From NCBI GenBank assembly GCA_050011875.1, contig JBEKIG010000019.1, positions 1-26,972 on the forward strand: a DNA stretch of 26,972 nucleotides. The letters are read 5' to 3'. The stretch is from Nitrososphaeria archaeon (GTDB taxonomy: Archaea > Thermoproteota > Nitrososphaeria > JACIWG01). The position numbers and the translations under genes are program-made. Shown here in pieces: positions 18,185 to 26,157 of the stretch. Under the pieces are notes generated by a model. It saw only the letters and a list, made by a program, of their open reading frames with translations. It had not been told where the DNA came from and made no database searches. How positions within the stretch are numbered: position 1 is the stretch's first letter; each line of letters begins with the position of its first letter.

Positions 18185-19578
18185 TTGTCTCTCACCGGTG
18201 CTGGTCGCTTAGTTAACGCTGGAATATAGGAAGGGGTTAAAGAATAATACCTTTTTCCCAAAGACTCCCCATATTCTACCAGTCCTTCGAAAAACGCGCA
18301 GTACTCTTCATATTGGTCTACGTATAAAGCATCTCTGAAAAATGAGGGGTGAGTATCAAAAATGGTCTGCATAAGATCGCCAAGTTGTGATGCCGAGCTG
18401 TGAGTCCAGTAATAATTTTCATCAGGCTTGCGACCATCGGCGCCAATGACGTAAATCTTCTCGCAGAAAGATGATACGATCGGTAACATAAACTGGGTCA
18501 ATATACTTGTTGATGCTGCCACATAAAACTTGCTCTCAGAAGGAAAGTTATATTTGTCTTTGTGCCCCGCTATTTTATCAGTCCACTCCATTTTGCCCGG
18601 CCTGCGCAACGCCATCCCCACAAGTTCCCATAGTGACATATCCCAGATATCCGGCACCGGCATTCCGATAATATAGCTTTCTAATTCAGGATAATGAGCC
18701 ATGAGCAATGGCACATTATAGTCAGGAACCATAATATAGCAGTGAAATTCTCTCACTGTATCAAGAACCATCCTGCGGAACTCCGCGGCGTAGCGACATG
18801 GACTAAAAAAAAATACAGGGTCGATAAAAGCAAGTAACTGGGGCTGTATATGGCGTAAAAGCGTTTTGTTCTTCACAATGGTGTTGCATACAACCTTGAA
18901 TCCCAAATCATAGTTAAATTCCTCCGCCCGTTCTATTGTGGGCCCAGTTCCGAATACGTATCCCTCCTTACAGCCGGCCGCAGTGCCAAGTAAAGATCGG
19001 TAATTTGCTTTTGATAGAGCGGAGAAACGCTCCTTCTGCCTGCTATCCAGAGTTCGAGAATACATCTTTCTGGCCATTGTACCTTCAACCGTACCGTAGA
19101 ATAATGGATCCACAACGCTTACAGTCGCTAAATGCCGTAAAATACGAGGCTCTAGCATGCTAGTCTTATTCCAGAGTAAGATGACGTCGGCTTGAGAGAG
19201 GTCAACAACTCGTTGATCAACAAGATGAATGTTGTTGGATCGCCCGATATAGTTGAACTGAGATGCCGGTGGGACCAGGGTTTTTAAGTCCGCACTCAAG
19301 AATTCTTTGGATACTGGAATTGAAACCTCCACTTGCGAAAATTCGGATTGAGGAAGATACCATGACGCCCGGTTTACTAAGTCAGCCAGAGTTGCTGCAT
19401 CGCTGACTACCGGATAGTAGATAACACATCTTACAACCTTAGCAGCGTCCCCACCCATTAACTTCAATAACTGTATGGCACCGCAATAAGCATAGGCTAC
19501 CGCTTTTCGCACATAGATTTTAGATCGATGCCTTGGGGCAGTTGCTATGCTCATTATCATAAGCCTCCCTCTGTACAC
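18181..19578 (-). CDS. putative CMP-sugar-dependent glycosyltransferase (Maf/DUF115- or sialyltransferase-like)
   Basis: The C-terminal half has YVFGTGPT, VCN, DP and IYVIGADG, the pattern of Maf/GT42-like domains. It lies directly after a cytidylyltransferase. Start uncertain. Confidence 0.55.
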   Translation of the reverse strand: MYRGRLMIMSIATAPRHRSKIYVRKAVAYAYCGAIQLLKLMGGDAAKVVRCVIYYPVVSDAATLADLVNRASWYLPQSEFSQVEVSIPVSKEFLSADLKTLVPPASQFNYIGRSNNIHLVDQRVVDLSQADVILLWNKTSMLEPRILRHLATVSVVDPLFYGTVEGTMARKMYSRTLDSRQKERFSALSKANYRSLLGTAAGCKEGYVFGTGPTIERAEEFNYDLGFKVVCNTIVKNKTLLRHIQPQLLAFIDPVFFFSPCRYAAEFRRMVLDTVREFHCYIMVPDYNVPLLMAHYPELESYIIGMPVPDIWDMSLWELVGMALRRPGKMEWTDKIAGHKDKYNFPSESKFYVAASTSILTQFMLPIVSSFCEKIYVIGADGRKPDENYYWTHSSASQLGDLMQTIFDTHPSFFRDALYVDQYEEYCAFFEGLVEYGESLGKRYYSLTPSYIPALTKRPAPVRDK

Positions 19579-20249
19579 TTTAACCTTTTGAGTAGCTCTG
19601 CCAGCTTAAAGTCCTGCTCATCATCTATATCTACAGCCTCAAACCTATCCATTTCAAACATCTGCGGCCTAAGTCCGATTCGCCTTTTCCCACTTTGATT
19701 GAAGGACGCCCTGGAAAAGATATAGATGTTGGAGTTTTCTTCGTAGATAGGTTGGAGATCCTGCGTTCGGAGCAGTTCTTTCAGATTGTGATTAACCGGC
19801 TGCCCGTCCTGCCAGTAGAGGCGAACCTGACGACGCGTTACAGAGAAAAGTGAATCATATGTATCTAACCTCGCGAAATAGCGTTCAATGGCCCTATTTA
19901 TGGTCGCCGTAGTTAATAGGGGATTTGTGCTGTGTGTCTGTAAAAAATACTCGCCCTCAATCTGCGAGATATCATAGGCAATGATACTATTCATAGATAC
20001 AAAATCCCCTCTGATTACCTCTGGCCGCTCTATGATGCTCACCCGGTCGAAATTCCGTAATGCATCTTCGGAAATTATCTGACTGTCTGTATCAATAATT
20101 ATATTGGTTATATATTTACTGCCCCTCAAACTCATGAGTATCCAATGAAACAAGGGACGTCCGCAGAAGGATCTCATATTTTTGCCAGGTATGCGCTCAC
20201 TGTGATCTTTCTGTGGCACTAATGCCGTTACCTTAAATTCCCTATCCAT
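19557..20249 (-). CDS. acylneuraminate cytidylyltransferase family protein (NeuA/KdsB-like)
   Basis: HSERIPGKNMR, IIDTDS, QTHSTNPL, YEENS and AVDIDDEQDF. Confidence 0.92.
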   Translation of the reverse strand: MDREFKVTALVPQKDHSERIPGKNMRSFCGRPLFHWILMSLRGSKYITNIIIDTDSQIISEDALRNFDRVSIIERPEVIRGDFVSMNSIIAYDISQIEGEYFLQTHSTNPLLTTATINRAIERYFARLDTYDSLFSVTRRQVRLYWQDGQPVNHNLKELLRTQDLQPIYEENSNIYIFSRASFNQSGKRRIGLRPQMFEMDRFEAVDIDDEQDFKLAELLKRLKCTEGGL

Positions 20250-20389
20250 ATATCATCATGCCTAAATGTTATATAAATATTACACAATATGTCATGGTTT
20301 AATTGTGAATCACCAGCAGGCAGGACATCTAAGCAACCGACATGAAAAAGCTTAGTTTAATCCAGATCACTTCTGCACCATTGCTTTAA

Positions 20390-21427
20390 TCAATTATTGC
20401 CTTCCTTATATCGCCATTTCCCCACAAAGTATCCTAATCCTGTTGATGCAGCGCTTACTAAAATCACGATTATCTGAGCCAAATTTGCCGGTTTGTATAG
20501 CTTCTTTAACCTTTGTGGCAATGATATAGTCAAGAGGCTGCGAAGGAAGAGATCCTCAGTAGCAAGGGGATTATCCGCATAGCGGGAAGCCACCTTGGCC
20601 ATCACGCTTTTCATAATGCCTTCCCTATAGCATCGGTTAAGCGTATATTTCAATGTAGCGCGTTCAGCTGTAACTTTATGGTGTGCAATAGCCTGTGGTT
20701 CATACACGATTGATGCCCCAGGTATCTTGTACTTGATCCTGAGACAAAGTTCAGCTTCTTCCCCTCCGGGGTGCTTAGAAGTTTTTCCGCATGGATCATT
20801 CCTATTGGGACCAAGAGCGGTCTCCCAACCTCCTATTGTTGCGAATACTTCCTTTCTAAAGGCCGCATTACATGATACGACGTTCCTGATCTCGTTATTT
20901 GCCTGGAGAATCAACTTTTTATGGGCGGTACAACCAATAGTAAAGTCAAATTCTTCGGGAAACCAATAGGGAGCTTCAACATTTGGCCATGTGGGCACAA
21001 CCTGCCCGCTCACAGCCATAATTTCGCCGTGTTCAAAGGGTCGGACCAGATTTTCAAGCCAGTCCGGTTCCGCTATAATGTCGTCATCCGCAAAGGCTAA
21101 AATGTTCCCCGTTGCGGCCCGAATGCCAACATTTCTGGTCTCAGATGCTCCCCCGGGGCCAGTATTGAGGGTAATCTTTACTTGAGAATTCCGAGCCGGG
21201 GTTCTTGCCTTTTCATCAGCGACGCCTGATTTTGAATTGTGCACCAATGCTTGAAGATTTCCAAAAAGCTCTTTGTTGTTGTCGATAGCCAAAATGACCT
21301 CTTGTGCCTTCAATGTCTGGTTGAGAATCGAATTGACGACCGCATGGATGTCATCGAGGCGTTCCATCGTATAGGCACATATAATAACGGAGATCTCCGG
21401 ATCCTCTTTAGCCACTATTTCTTGCAA
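20390..21427 (-). CDS. glycosyltransferase family 2 (AglG-like)
   Basis: ISVIICAYTMERL, SETRNVG, AFADDD, WFPEEF and GGEEAELCLR. Confidence 0.88.
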   Translation of the reverse strand: MQEIVAKEDPEISVIICAYTMERLDDIHAVVNSILNQTLKAQEVILAIDNNKELFGNLQALVHNSKSGVADEKARTPARNSQVKITLNTGPGGASETRNVGIRAATGNILAFADDDIIAEPDWLENLVRPFEHGEIMAVSGQVVPTWPNVEAPYWFPEEFDFTIGCTAHKKLILQANNEIRNVVSCNAAFRKEVFATIGGWETALGPNRNDPCGKTSKHPGGEEAELCLRIKYKIPGASIVYEPQAIAHHKVTAERATLKYTLNRCYREGIMKSVMAKVASRYADNPLATEDLFLRSLLTISLPQRLKKLYKPANLAQIIVILVSAASTGLGYFVGKWRYKEGNN

Positions 21428-21433
21428 CGTTCT

Positions 21434-22150
21434 TTAAGAATTTTGAATAGCTAGCATGCCTCGTTCATTGGTCTCAGGGAATTTTTTCCTGAAAATAATT
21501 CTGAGGATTTTCCAGCCGTCCCTGAAGGTTCTTAGCTTTCCCACCCCGCTCATTCTTTGGTGTTCAAAACTTGGCACTTCCTTTGCCTTTAATTTCGCTT
21601 TGCCTATCTCAATGTTCATCTCAATTTCCATGTCGAAGCCGTCAGACCGGATGGGGAGTGTCTTGAAGATGTTTTTCCATGTTGCGTTATATCCATAAGT
21701 AAGGTCTGTGTACTTTGTGCCATAAAACATGTTAGCCAGAAAGACAAAGAACTTATTTGCCCACCATCTGTGAAGTGGCATATCCGAAGTACCACCGCCG
21801 TCAAGAAAACGCGAGCCCTTTACATAATCGTAGCCACTCAGTAATGGCTCAACAAATCTTGGTATTTCTTCCGGGTCCATGGAGCCATCGGCATCAAGGG
21901 TAATAATGATATCTCCGTTTGCCTCGCCAAAACCGCATCTTATGGCATCGCCTTTTCCTTTCTTATTTTGATATATAATTCTAGCTTTCGGGCACAACTG
22001 CCTGGCGGTTTCAATTGTACCGTCCGTAGAGTGTCCGTCCACAATGAGAATTTCATCGACAACTGGGGGAATCTTGGGCAATACATATTGAAGATTATTC
22101 ACTTCGTTCAATGTTAGAACCAGGGCGGTTATCCTCGGAAAAGAATTCAA
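21434..22150 (-). CDS. GT2, polyprenol-phosphate glycosyltransferase (DPM1-like)
   Basis: LNEV, VDGHSTDGT, GKGDAI, TLDADGSMDP, VKGSRF, TDLTYGY and LRTFRDG. TTG start with GGAGG SD. Confidence 0.9.
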   Translation of the reverse strand: MNSFPRITALVLTLNEVNNLQYVLPKIPPVVDEILIVDGHSTDGTIETARQLCPKARIIYQNKKGKGDAIRCGFGEANGDIIITLDADGSMDPEEIPRFVEPLLSGYDYVKGSRFLDGGGTSDMPLHRWWANKFFVFLANMFYGTKYTDLTYGYNATWKNIFKTLPIRSDGFDMEIEMNIEIGKAKLKAKEVPSFEHQRMSGVGKLRTFRDGWKILRIIFRKKFPETNERGMLAIQNS

Positions 22151-22262
22151 ATTACCTCCAAATACTTTGCTGCTTAGCTACGGCAACACGAATTATTCAA
22201 GCGCATGCTTTGTGATTTCTAGCCCCTAATCGTCCTTTATTTTATAAGACATTCACCCTTTA

Positions 22263-23522
22263 CTACCAGCAAATTCCCTCGTATATCTTAGCCTCTCTGG
22301 CCTTGAGCACCCTTCTACCATCTATGACTATCTTGCCGCGGTAATCCAGCGTGTTGAACTCATCCCATTCAGTTAATATCATTACGGCGTCTGCCATTAG
22401 AACCTCATCAGCCGTGGCATATTTTACCGAGTCGGGGAATATTTTCCGAAAATTCGGCATTGCCTGGGGATCATAAGCGGTAACTCTGGCTCCCTCTTCT
22501 TGCAGGGCACGAATTATTTCGATGGCCTTCGATTTCCTGACGTCATCGGTATCCGCTTTAAAGGCTAATCCCAGTATGCCAATCGTCGCGCCTTTCAATA
22601 CCGGGATATGCTTTTTAAGTATGGCCAACATCCTCATGGGTTGATTATGGTTCAGCCTCTGGACCTCCTCCAGGATCCGCGCACGGTAATTGGTATCCTT
22701 TGCACTTGATATTAATGCCGATAAATCCTTGGGCAGACAGAAACCGCCGAATCCTATCCCGGCATTTAGGTAGTCTTTACCGATGCGAGAGTCTAAGCCC
22801 ATCCCTTTAGCCACCTCATAAACATCCATGCCAAGGCTCTTGCATATATTGCCTATTTCGTTAATAAAGGAAACCCGGGTTGCCAGGTAGGCGTTGGATG
22901 CCTGCTTTATCATTTCAGCGGTGCTAAAGTCAGTTCTCATAATGGGCGCTTTGTAATCTTTATAGACCTCAGCAAGCATGTCGCCCCATTTTTCATTTTT
23001 CTCGCCGATGACAATCCGGCTGGGTTTCATAAAATCCTCGACCGCAGTTCCTTCCCGTAAAAACTCCGGGTTTACACAGATCCCCACATAGTCATTATGG
23101 TTTAAAATCGGTACGATAACTTGCTCGGTGGTGCCGGGGACAACGGTACTTCTTACCACGACAAGGTGATCGCTTTTCTTTTCTTTCAGCACTGCTCTCA
23201 ATTGCTTAGCAGGCTCTTCCAGGAAGAAGAGATCAATGGAGCCATCCGCTTTTGGTGGAGTACCTCCGCAAAGAAAGGTGATATCCGTGTCTAAAGCCTG
23301 CCTGTGGTCCGTTGTAGCAAATAAATTAACATCCTTTAATGCAGAGCTCAAGCCCTCTTCATAGATGGGGCAGGTACCGTCGTTTATTTTTCGTACTTTC
23401 TCCGGATCGATATCTATGCCGATAACTTTGTGGCCTTTTAACGCGAAGCCAACCGCCGTTGTGAGGCCTACAACCCCTAATCCGATTACGCTTATTGTCT
23501 TTTTCCCATTTTTCTTGGACAT
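22263..23522 (-). CDS. ugd: UDP-glucose 6-dehydrogenase (UDP-glucose/GDP-mannose dehydrogenase family)
   Basis: GLGVVG, STVVPGT, NPEFLREG, AEMIK, GFGGFCLPKD (catalytic Cys) and GLAFKADTDDVR. Confidence 0.92.
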   Translation of the reverse strand: MSKKNGKKTISVIGLGVVGLTTAVGFALKGHKVIGIDIDPEKVRKINDGTCPIYEEGLSSALKDVNLFATTDHRQALDTDITFLCGGTPPKADGSIDLFFLEEPAKQLRAVLKEKKSDHLVVVRSTVVPGTTEQVIVPILNHNDYVGICVNPEFLREGTAVEDFMKPSRIVIGEKNEKWGDMLAEVYKDYKAPIMRTDFSTAEMIKQASNAYLATRVSFINEIGNICKSLGMDVYEVAKGMGLDSRIGKDYLNAGIGFGGFCLPKDLSALISSAKDTNYRARILEEVQRLNHNQPMRMLAILKKHIPVLKGATIGILGLAFKADTDDVRKSKAIEIIRALQEEGARVTAYDPQAMPNFRKIFPDSVKYATADEVLMADAVMILTEWDEFNTLDYRGKIVIDGRRVLKAREAKIYEGICW

Positions 23523-23615
23523 TGTTCGCCGCGCTCCCCTTTGCTCAGGTCTATATATAGTAAAGATGTTATATTTTTGTTATGCGTCTATCGCCTGTGC
23601 AAATCTAAGACTTTA

Positions 23616-23644
23616 AGATTACAGTATAGCCCAGTCTCTGTCAA
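23616..23644 (-). promoter_or_regulatory. putative sigma70 promoter of the long - strand glycan operon
   Basis: On the - strand: perfect TTGACA (23644-23639), 17 bp, TAATCT (23621-23616), ~95 bp upstream of ugd. Confidence 0.5.
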
Positions 23645-23692
23645 CTGCATTTTCATAACCAATGGTAACTATTTATATTGTTATTTTACAAC

Positions 23693-23740
23693 GTGGATAG
23701 GACTGTGGATAGGACTATTGTCCCATATTAAGTGGGACTA
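23693..23740. repeat. 12-bp tandem repeat plus inverted repeat, candidate operator
   Basis: GTGGATAGGACT twice (23693-23704, 23705-23716), then GTCCCA-N7-TGGGAC (23720-23738). Confidence 0.6.
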
Positions 23741-23838
23741 TCCGGTGATTCACATCCTACAAGAAGTGATATAAAGTTAGGTAATAGTATATTTACAGTT
23801 ATTTATGAACGTTTTGATATTTATGGAGAGGTAATAAT

Positions 23839-24045
23839 ATGAATATAAACCATCACAAAAGCCTGTTTACGACACGTGAATTAGCACGTCTGCTGAATGT
23901 GCACATTAATACGGTGAGGCGATGGAGCGACCAGGGAATACTTAAGTCCTACCGGATTGGTCCCCGCGGTGATCGTCGTTTTTCCCGGGATGATGTGCTC
24001 GAATTTCTCTCAGAGACCTCAAAACAGCCTGAGACGGTAAATTAG
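23839..24045 (+). CDS. small excisionase/BldC-like helix-turn-helix DNA-binding protein
   Basis: 68 aa: LFTTRELARLLNVHINTVRRWSDQGILKSYRIGPRGDRRFSRDDV, a MerR-like winged-HTH pattern. GGAGAGG SD upstream. Confidence 0.9.
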   Translation: MNINHHKSLFTTRELARLLNVHINTVRRWSDQGILKSYRIGPRGDRRFSRDDVLEFLSETSKQPETVN

Positions 24046-24079
24046 TTATCCGATTGGCCAATATGCGCCTAAACAGAAA

Positions 24080-24140
24080 ACTCCGCCAGGGCTTGGCAGG
24101 CTTCACTGGCGGAGTCTGGCACAGGGAGAAAACCCGTGCT
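24080..24140 (+). ncRNA. putative structured cis-regulatory RNA element, copy 1
   Basis: Stem ACTCCGCCAG/CTGGCGGAGT around GGCTTGGCAGGCT, then stem GGCAC/GTGCT enclosing AGGGAG. Ungapped match to copy 2. Confidence 0.55.
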
Positions 24141-24204
24141 TGCCGTCTATTCTAACAAAGCTTCATAGCCAACTCAACCAATATCGTTCAGATCTCATCA
24201 ATTC

Positions 24205-24281
24205 ATAGCACTTTTGTACTCATTAGCTAATAGTACTTTCTTACCAGCTTAAACATAGTACTTTGCGGCCAATAGTACTTT
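24205..24281 (+). repeat. array of four ATAG(T/C)ACTTT direct repeats, candidate transcription factor sites
   Basis: Copies start at 24205, 24230, 24255 and 24272 (spacing 25, 25, 17). Confidence 0.8.
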
Positions 24282-24310
24282 TAGACCATAGAAAAGGGAC
24301 TAAAACGCTA

Positions 24311-24339
24311 TTCATTATTAATACGATGCAAGTTATATT
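24311..24339 (+). promoter_or_regulatory. putative sigma70 promoter for the secreted-protein gene
   Basis: TTCATT (24311-24316), 17 bp, TATATT (24334-24339), between the repeat array and RNA element copy 2. Confidence 0.35.
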
Positions 24340-24377
24340 GATTGTAGCCCGATAAATAAAGGGCCTGAATATTGAAA

Positions 24378-24437
24378 CTCCGTTGGGGCTTGGCAGGCTT
24401 CGCTGGCGGAGCGGAATACAGGGAGAAAAACCGTGTT
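24378..24437 (+). ncRNA. putative structured cis-regulatory RNA element, copy 2, covering the SD and GTG start of the 24433 gene
   Basis: Stem CTCCGTTGG/CTGGCGGAG with three G-U pairs, then stem AATAC/GTGTT. 47 of 58 nt identical to copy 1 without gaps. Confidence 0.55.
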
Positions 24438-26157
24438 GCGCTTTCATAAGAAGATAAAGCGGTATATAGATTCTGCAAAACGATGTTTTGACTGGTTCAA
24501 CAGTAAGAAACATCAGAAGAGCATTTTTCGGTTAGGTTCTCAAATAATTTTCAGCCTGATCATAGTGGCTCAATTTACAGGAACCTCCGCTGCTTTAGCT
24601 GTCAACACCAACAATATGGATAATGCTCAATCCAGTGGCGGCTATTTACAAGAGAAAAACATCACCTGGGGAGATGGGACTATAGAAGATTTGCGTTTAG
24701 AGTCTGATGGTTATTTTTTACTTAATGGAGTCAAACAGCGATTAGTAGGATTTCATTTCGGTGTACCTACCCCAAAATATGATGAGGAATGGAATCCCAG
24801 CGCAACGGGGAGCAAAACACAGTTCTGGACAACTGAAAACCTTGCATTTCTTGATAATATGTTGAGTTATCTTCAGAGCAAGGGTGTTAGAATAATACGC
24901 ATTCCCCTCGTTTATACCTATCTGGCTTCGACAATAGATGAAGCAAATGCTTATAAGGCATTATTCGACCTAACTGCGAAGCATAAGATGTATGTTGTGG
25001 GGTGGTTGGTGGGAAAATGGTTCACTGGTTTTAATTGTGTACAGCCAACTTCTAATTTTGTAATTCCTGGAGGAACAAATGGCGATACACTTGACACATG
25101 GCTTAATAGATTAGTACCTATAGTTGCACAATATCCTAATATTGTTGTAATGAATTGCGAGAATGAGCTTGATGGACCTTATGAATTTTCCAGTACCACG
25201 ACCTCAAGTGGCAACGTGGGCGGGACAACTATGATTGATACTGCTTTTGGTACAGGTGCAAATAATAAAAATCCTGTCGGGTGGACAATTACAATAACAA
25301 GCGGCGCGTGTAGTGGACAGAGCAGAACAGGTTCGTCTCTAGCCGGCACTACAATGACACTTGCATCGGCTTTCTCTGCGAATATTGTCAGTGGCATAAC
25401 CTACACGGCCAAACAGAACTATTCTGTGGCGGATGCAGTAGCACATTTTACATACTTAAAAAATAAATTTAAGGCATCTATACCAAATATTATGATAACA
25501 CATAATTTTTGTGATGTTACTGTTTACGGCACACCATTTACAAAAGCATTGTTACCGTTACTGGACTTTCCTAGTTTTGATGTCTACGCACTAACTGCTG
25601 GTGATGTAACTACTTTAATATCGAAAATCAAATCTACTTATGGCATAAATAACTTTTGGATGGAGGAGATAGGCCAGGCATCACAATCAGTACCTTATGT
25701 AGATAATACTGCTTTCTCCTCTAGTTTTATTGATAATGCATTTACAGGTGGAGCAACCATTGCAGTGATGTACTGTGCCTTGCATGATTACTGGACAAGT
25801 ATGAGTTTTTTCAATCCCCATGGCGTACCTTCGGCAAATACGGATTCACTTTTGACAAATAATATGGCCACATGGCAAACCGCAATTCCGTCCGGCGCGC
25901 CAGCCATAACCGATTCTACGGGAGCGTCTAACATAACCACCACGGCAGCCACGCTCAACGGCAACCTGACTTCAGACGGCGGGGCTGCTAGCACGGTCAG
26001 CGTCTACTGGGGCGCTACAGACGGCGGTACGACAGCGGCAAGCTGGTCCGGCAATGTCGCCGTGGGCACGCAATCCGTGGGCGCATTTACTGCCAACTTA
26101 ACCGGCCTGACGGCAAGCACGACCTATTACTATGACCAATTCAACGGGAGCGTCTAA
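24433..26157 (+). CDS. secreted protein with a clan GH-A-like glycoside hydrolase domain and the first FN3-like repeat; probably the 5' part of a longer gene
   Basis: Basic N-region, hydrophobic stretch and AALA cleavage-like site. FLLNG, GVRIIRIP, NCENE (acid/base-like), SFDVY and WMEEIG (nucleophile-like). Ser/Thr-rich repeat at the end. Confidence 0.6.
   Translation: MLRFHKKIKRYIDSAKRCFDWFNSKKHQKSIFRLGSQIIFSLIIVAQFTGTSAALAVNTNNMDNAQSSGGYLQEKNITWGDGTIEDLRLESDGYFLLNGVKQRLVGFHFGVPTPKYDEEWNPSATGSKTQFWTTENLAFLDNMLSYLQSKGVRIIRIPLVYTYLASTIDEANAYKALFDLTAKHKMYVVGWLVGKWFTGFNCVQPTSNFVIPGGTNGDTLDTWLNRLVPIVAQYPNIVVMNCENELDGPYEFSSTTTSSGNVGGTTMIDTAFGTGANNKNPVGWTITITSGACSGQSRTGSSLAGTTMTLASAFSANIVSGITYTAKQNYSVADAVAHFTYLKNKFKASIPNIMITHNFCDVTVYGTPFTKALLPLLDFPSFDVYALTAGDVTTLISKIKSTYGINNFWMEEIGQASQSVPYVDNTAFSSSFIDNAFTGGATIAVMYCALHDYWTSMSFFNPHGVPSANTDSLLTNNMATWQTAIPSGAPAITDSTGASNITTTAATLNGNLTSDGGAASTVSVYWGATDGGTTAASWSGNVAVGTQSVGAFTANLTGLTASTTYYYDQFNGSV

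Noticed and set aside
18805-18813. Homopolymer tracts as phase-variation switches (A9 here, A8 in the flippase gene, C8 at 6644-6651)
   Set aside because: The tracts are short, the genes are in frame, and such runs are expected in AT-rich DNA.
23839-24045. Prophage or ICE boundary
   Set aside because: No integrase, tRNA, att-like repeat or phage gene block is visible.
24071-24115. Simple - strand intrinsic terminator (hairpin followed by TTTT)
   Set aside because: Possible for copy 1, but no - strand gene ends here and copy 2 pairs well only on the + strand, so it does not explain the duplication.
24105-24147. ZMP/ZTP riboswitch, suggested by ACTGGCGGA...CACAGGGAG...GCCGTC
   Set aside because: The 3' CGCCTGGGC pseudoknot segment is missing, copy 2 lacks GCCG, and the downstream genes are unrelated to purine or folate metabolism.
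24205-24281. CRISPR array
   Set aside because: Repeats are only 10 bp with 7-15 bp gaps, and no cas genes are present.
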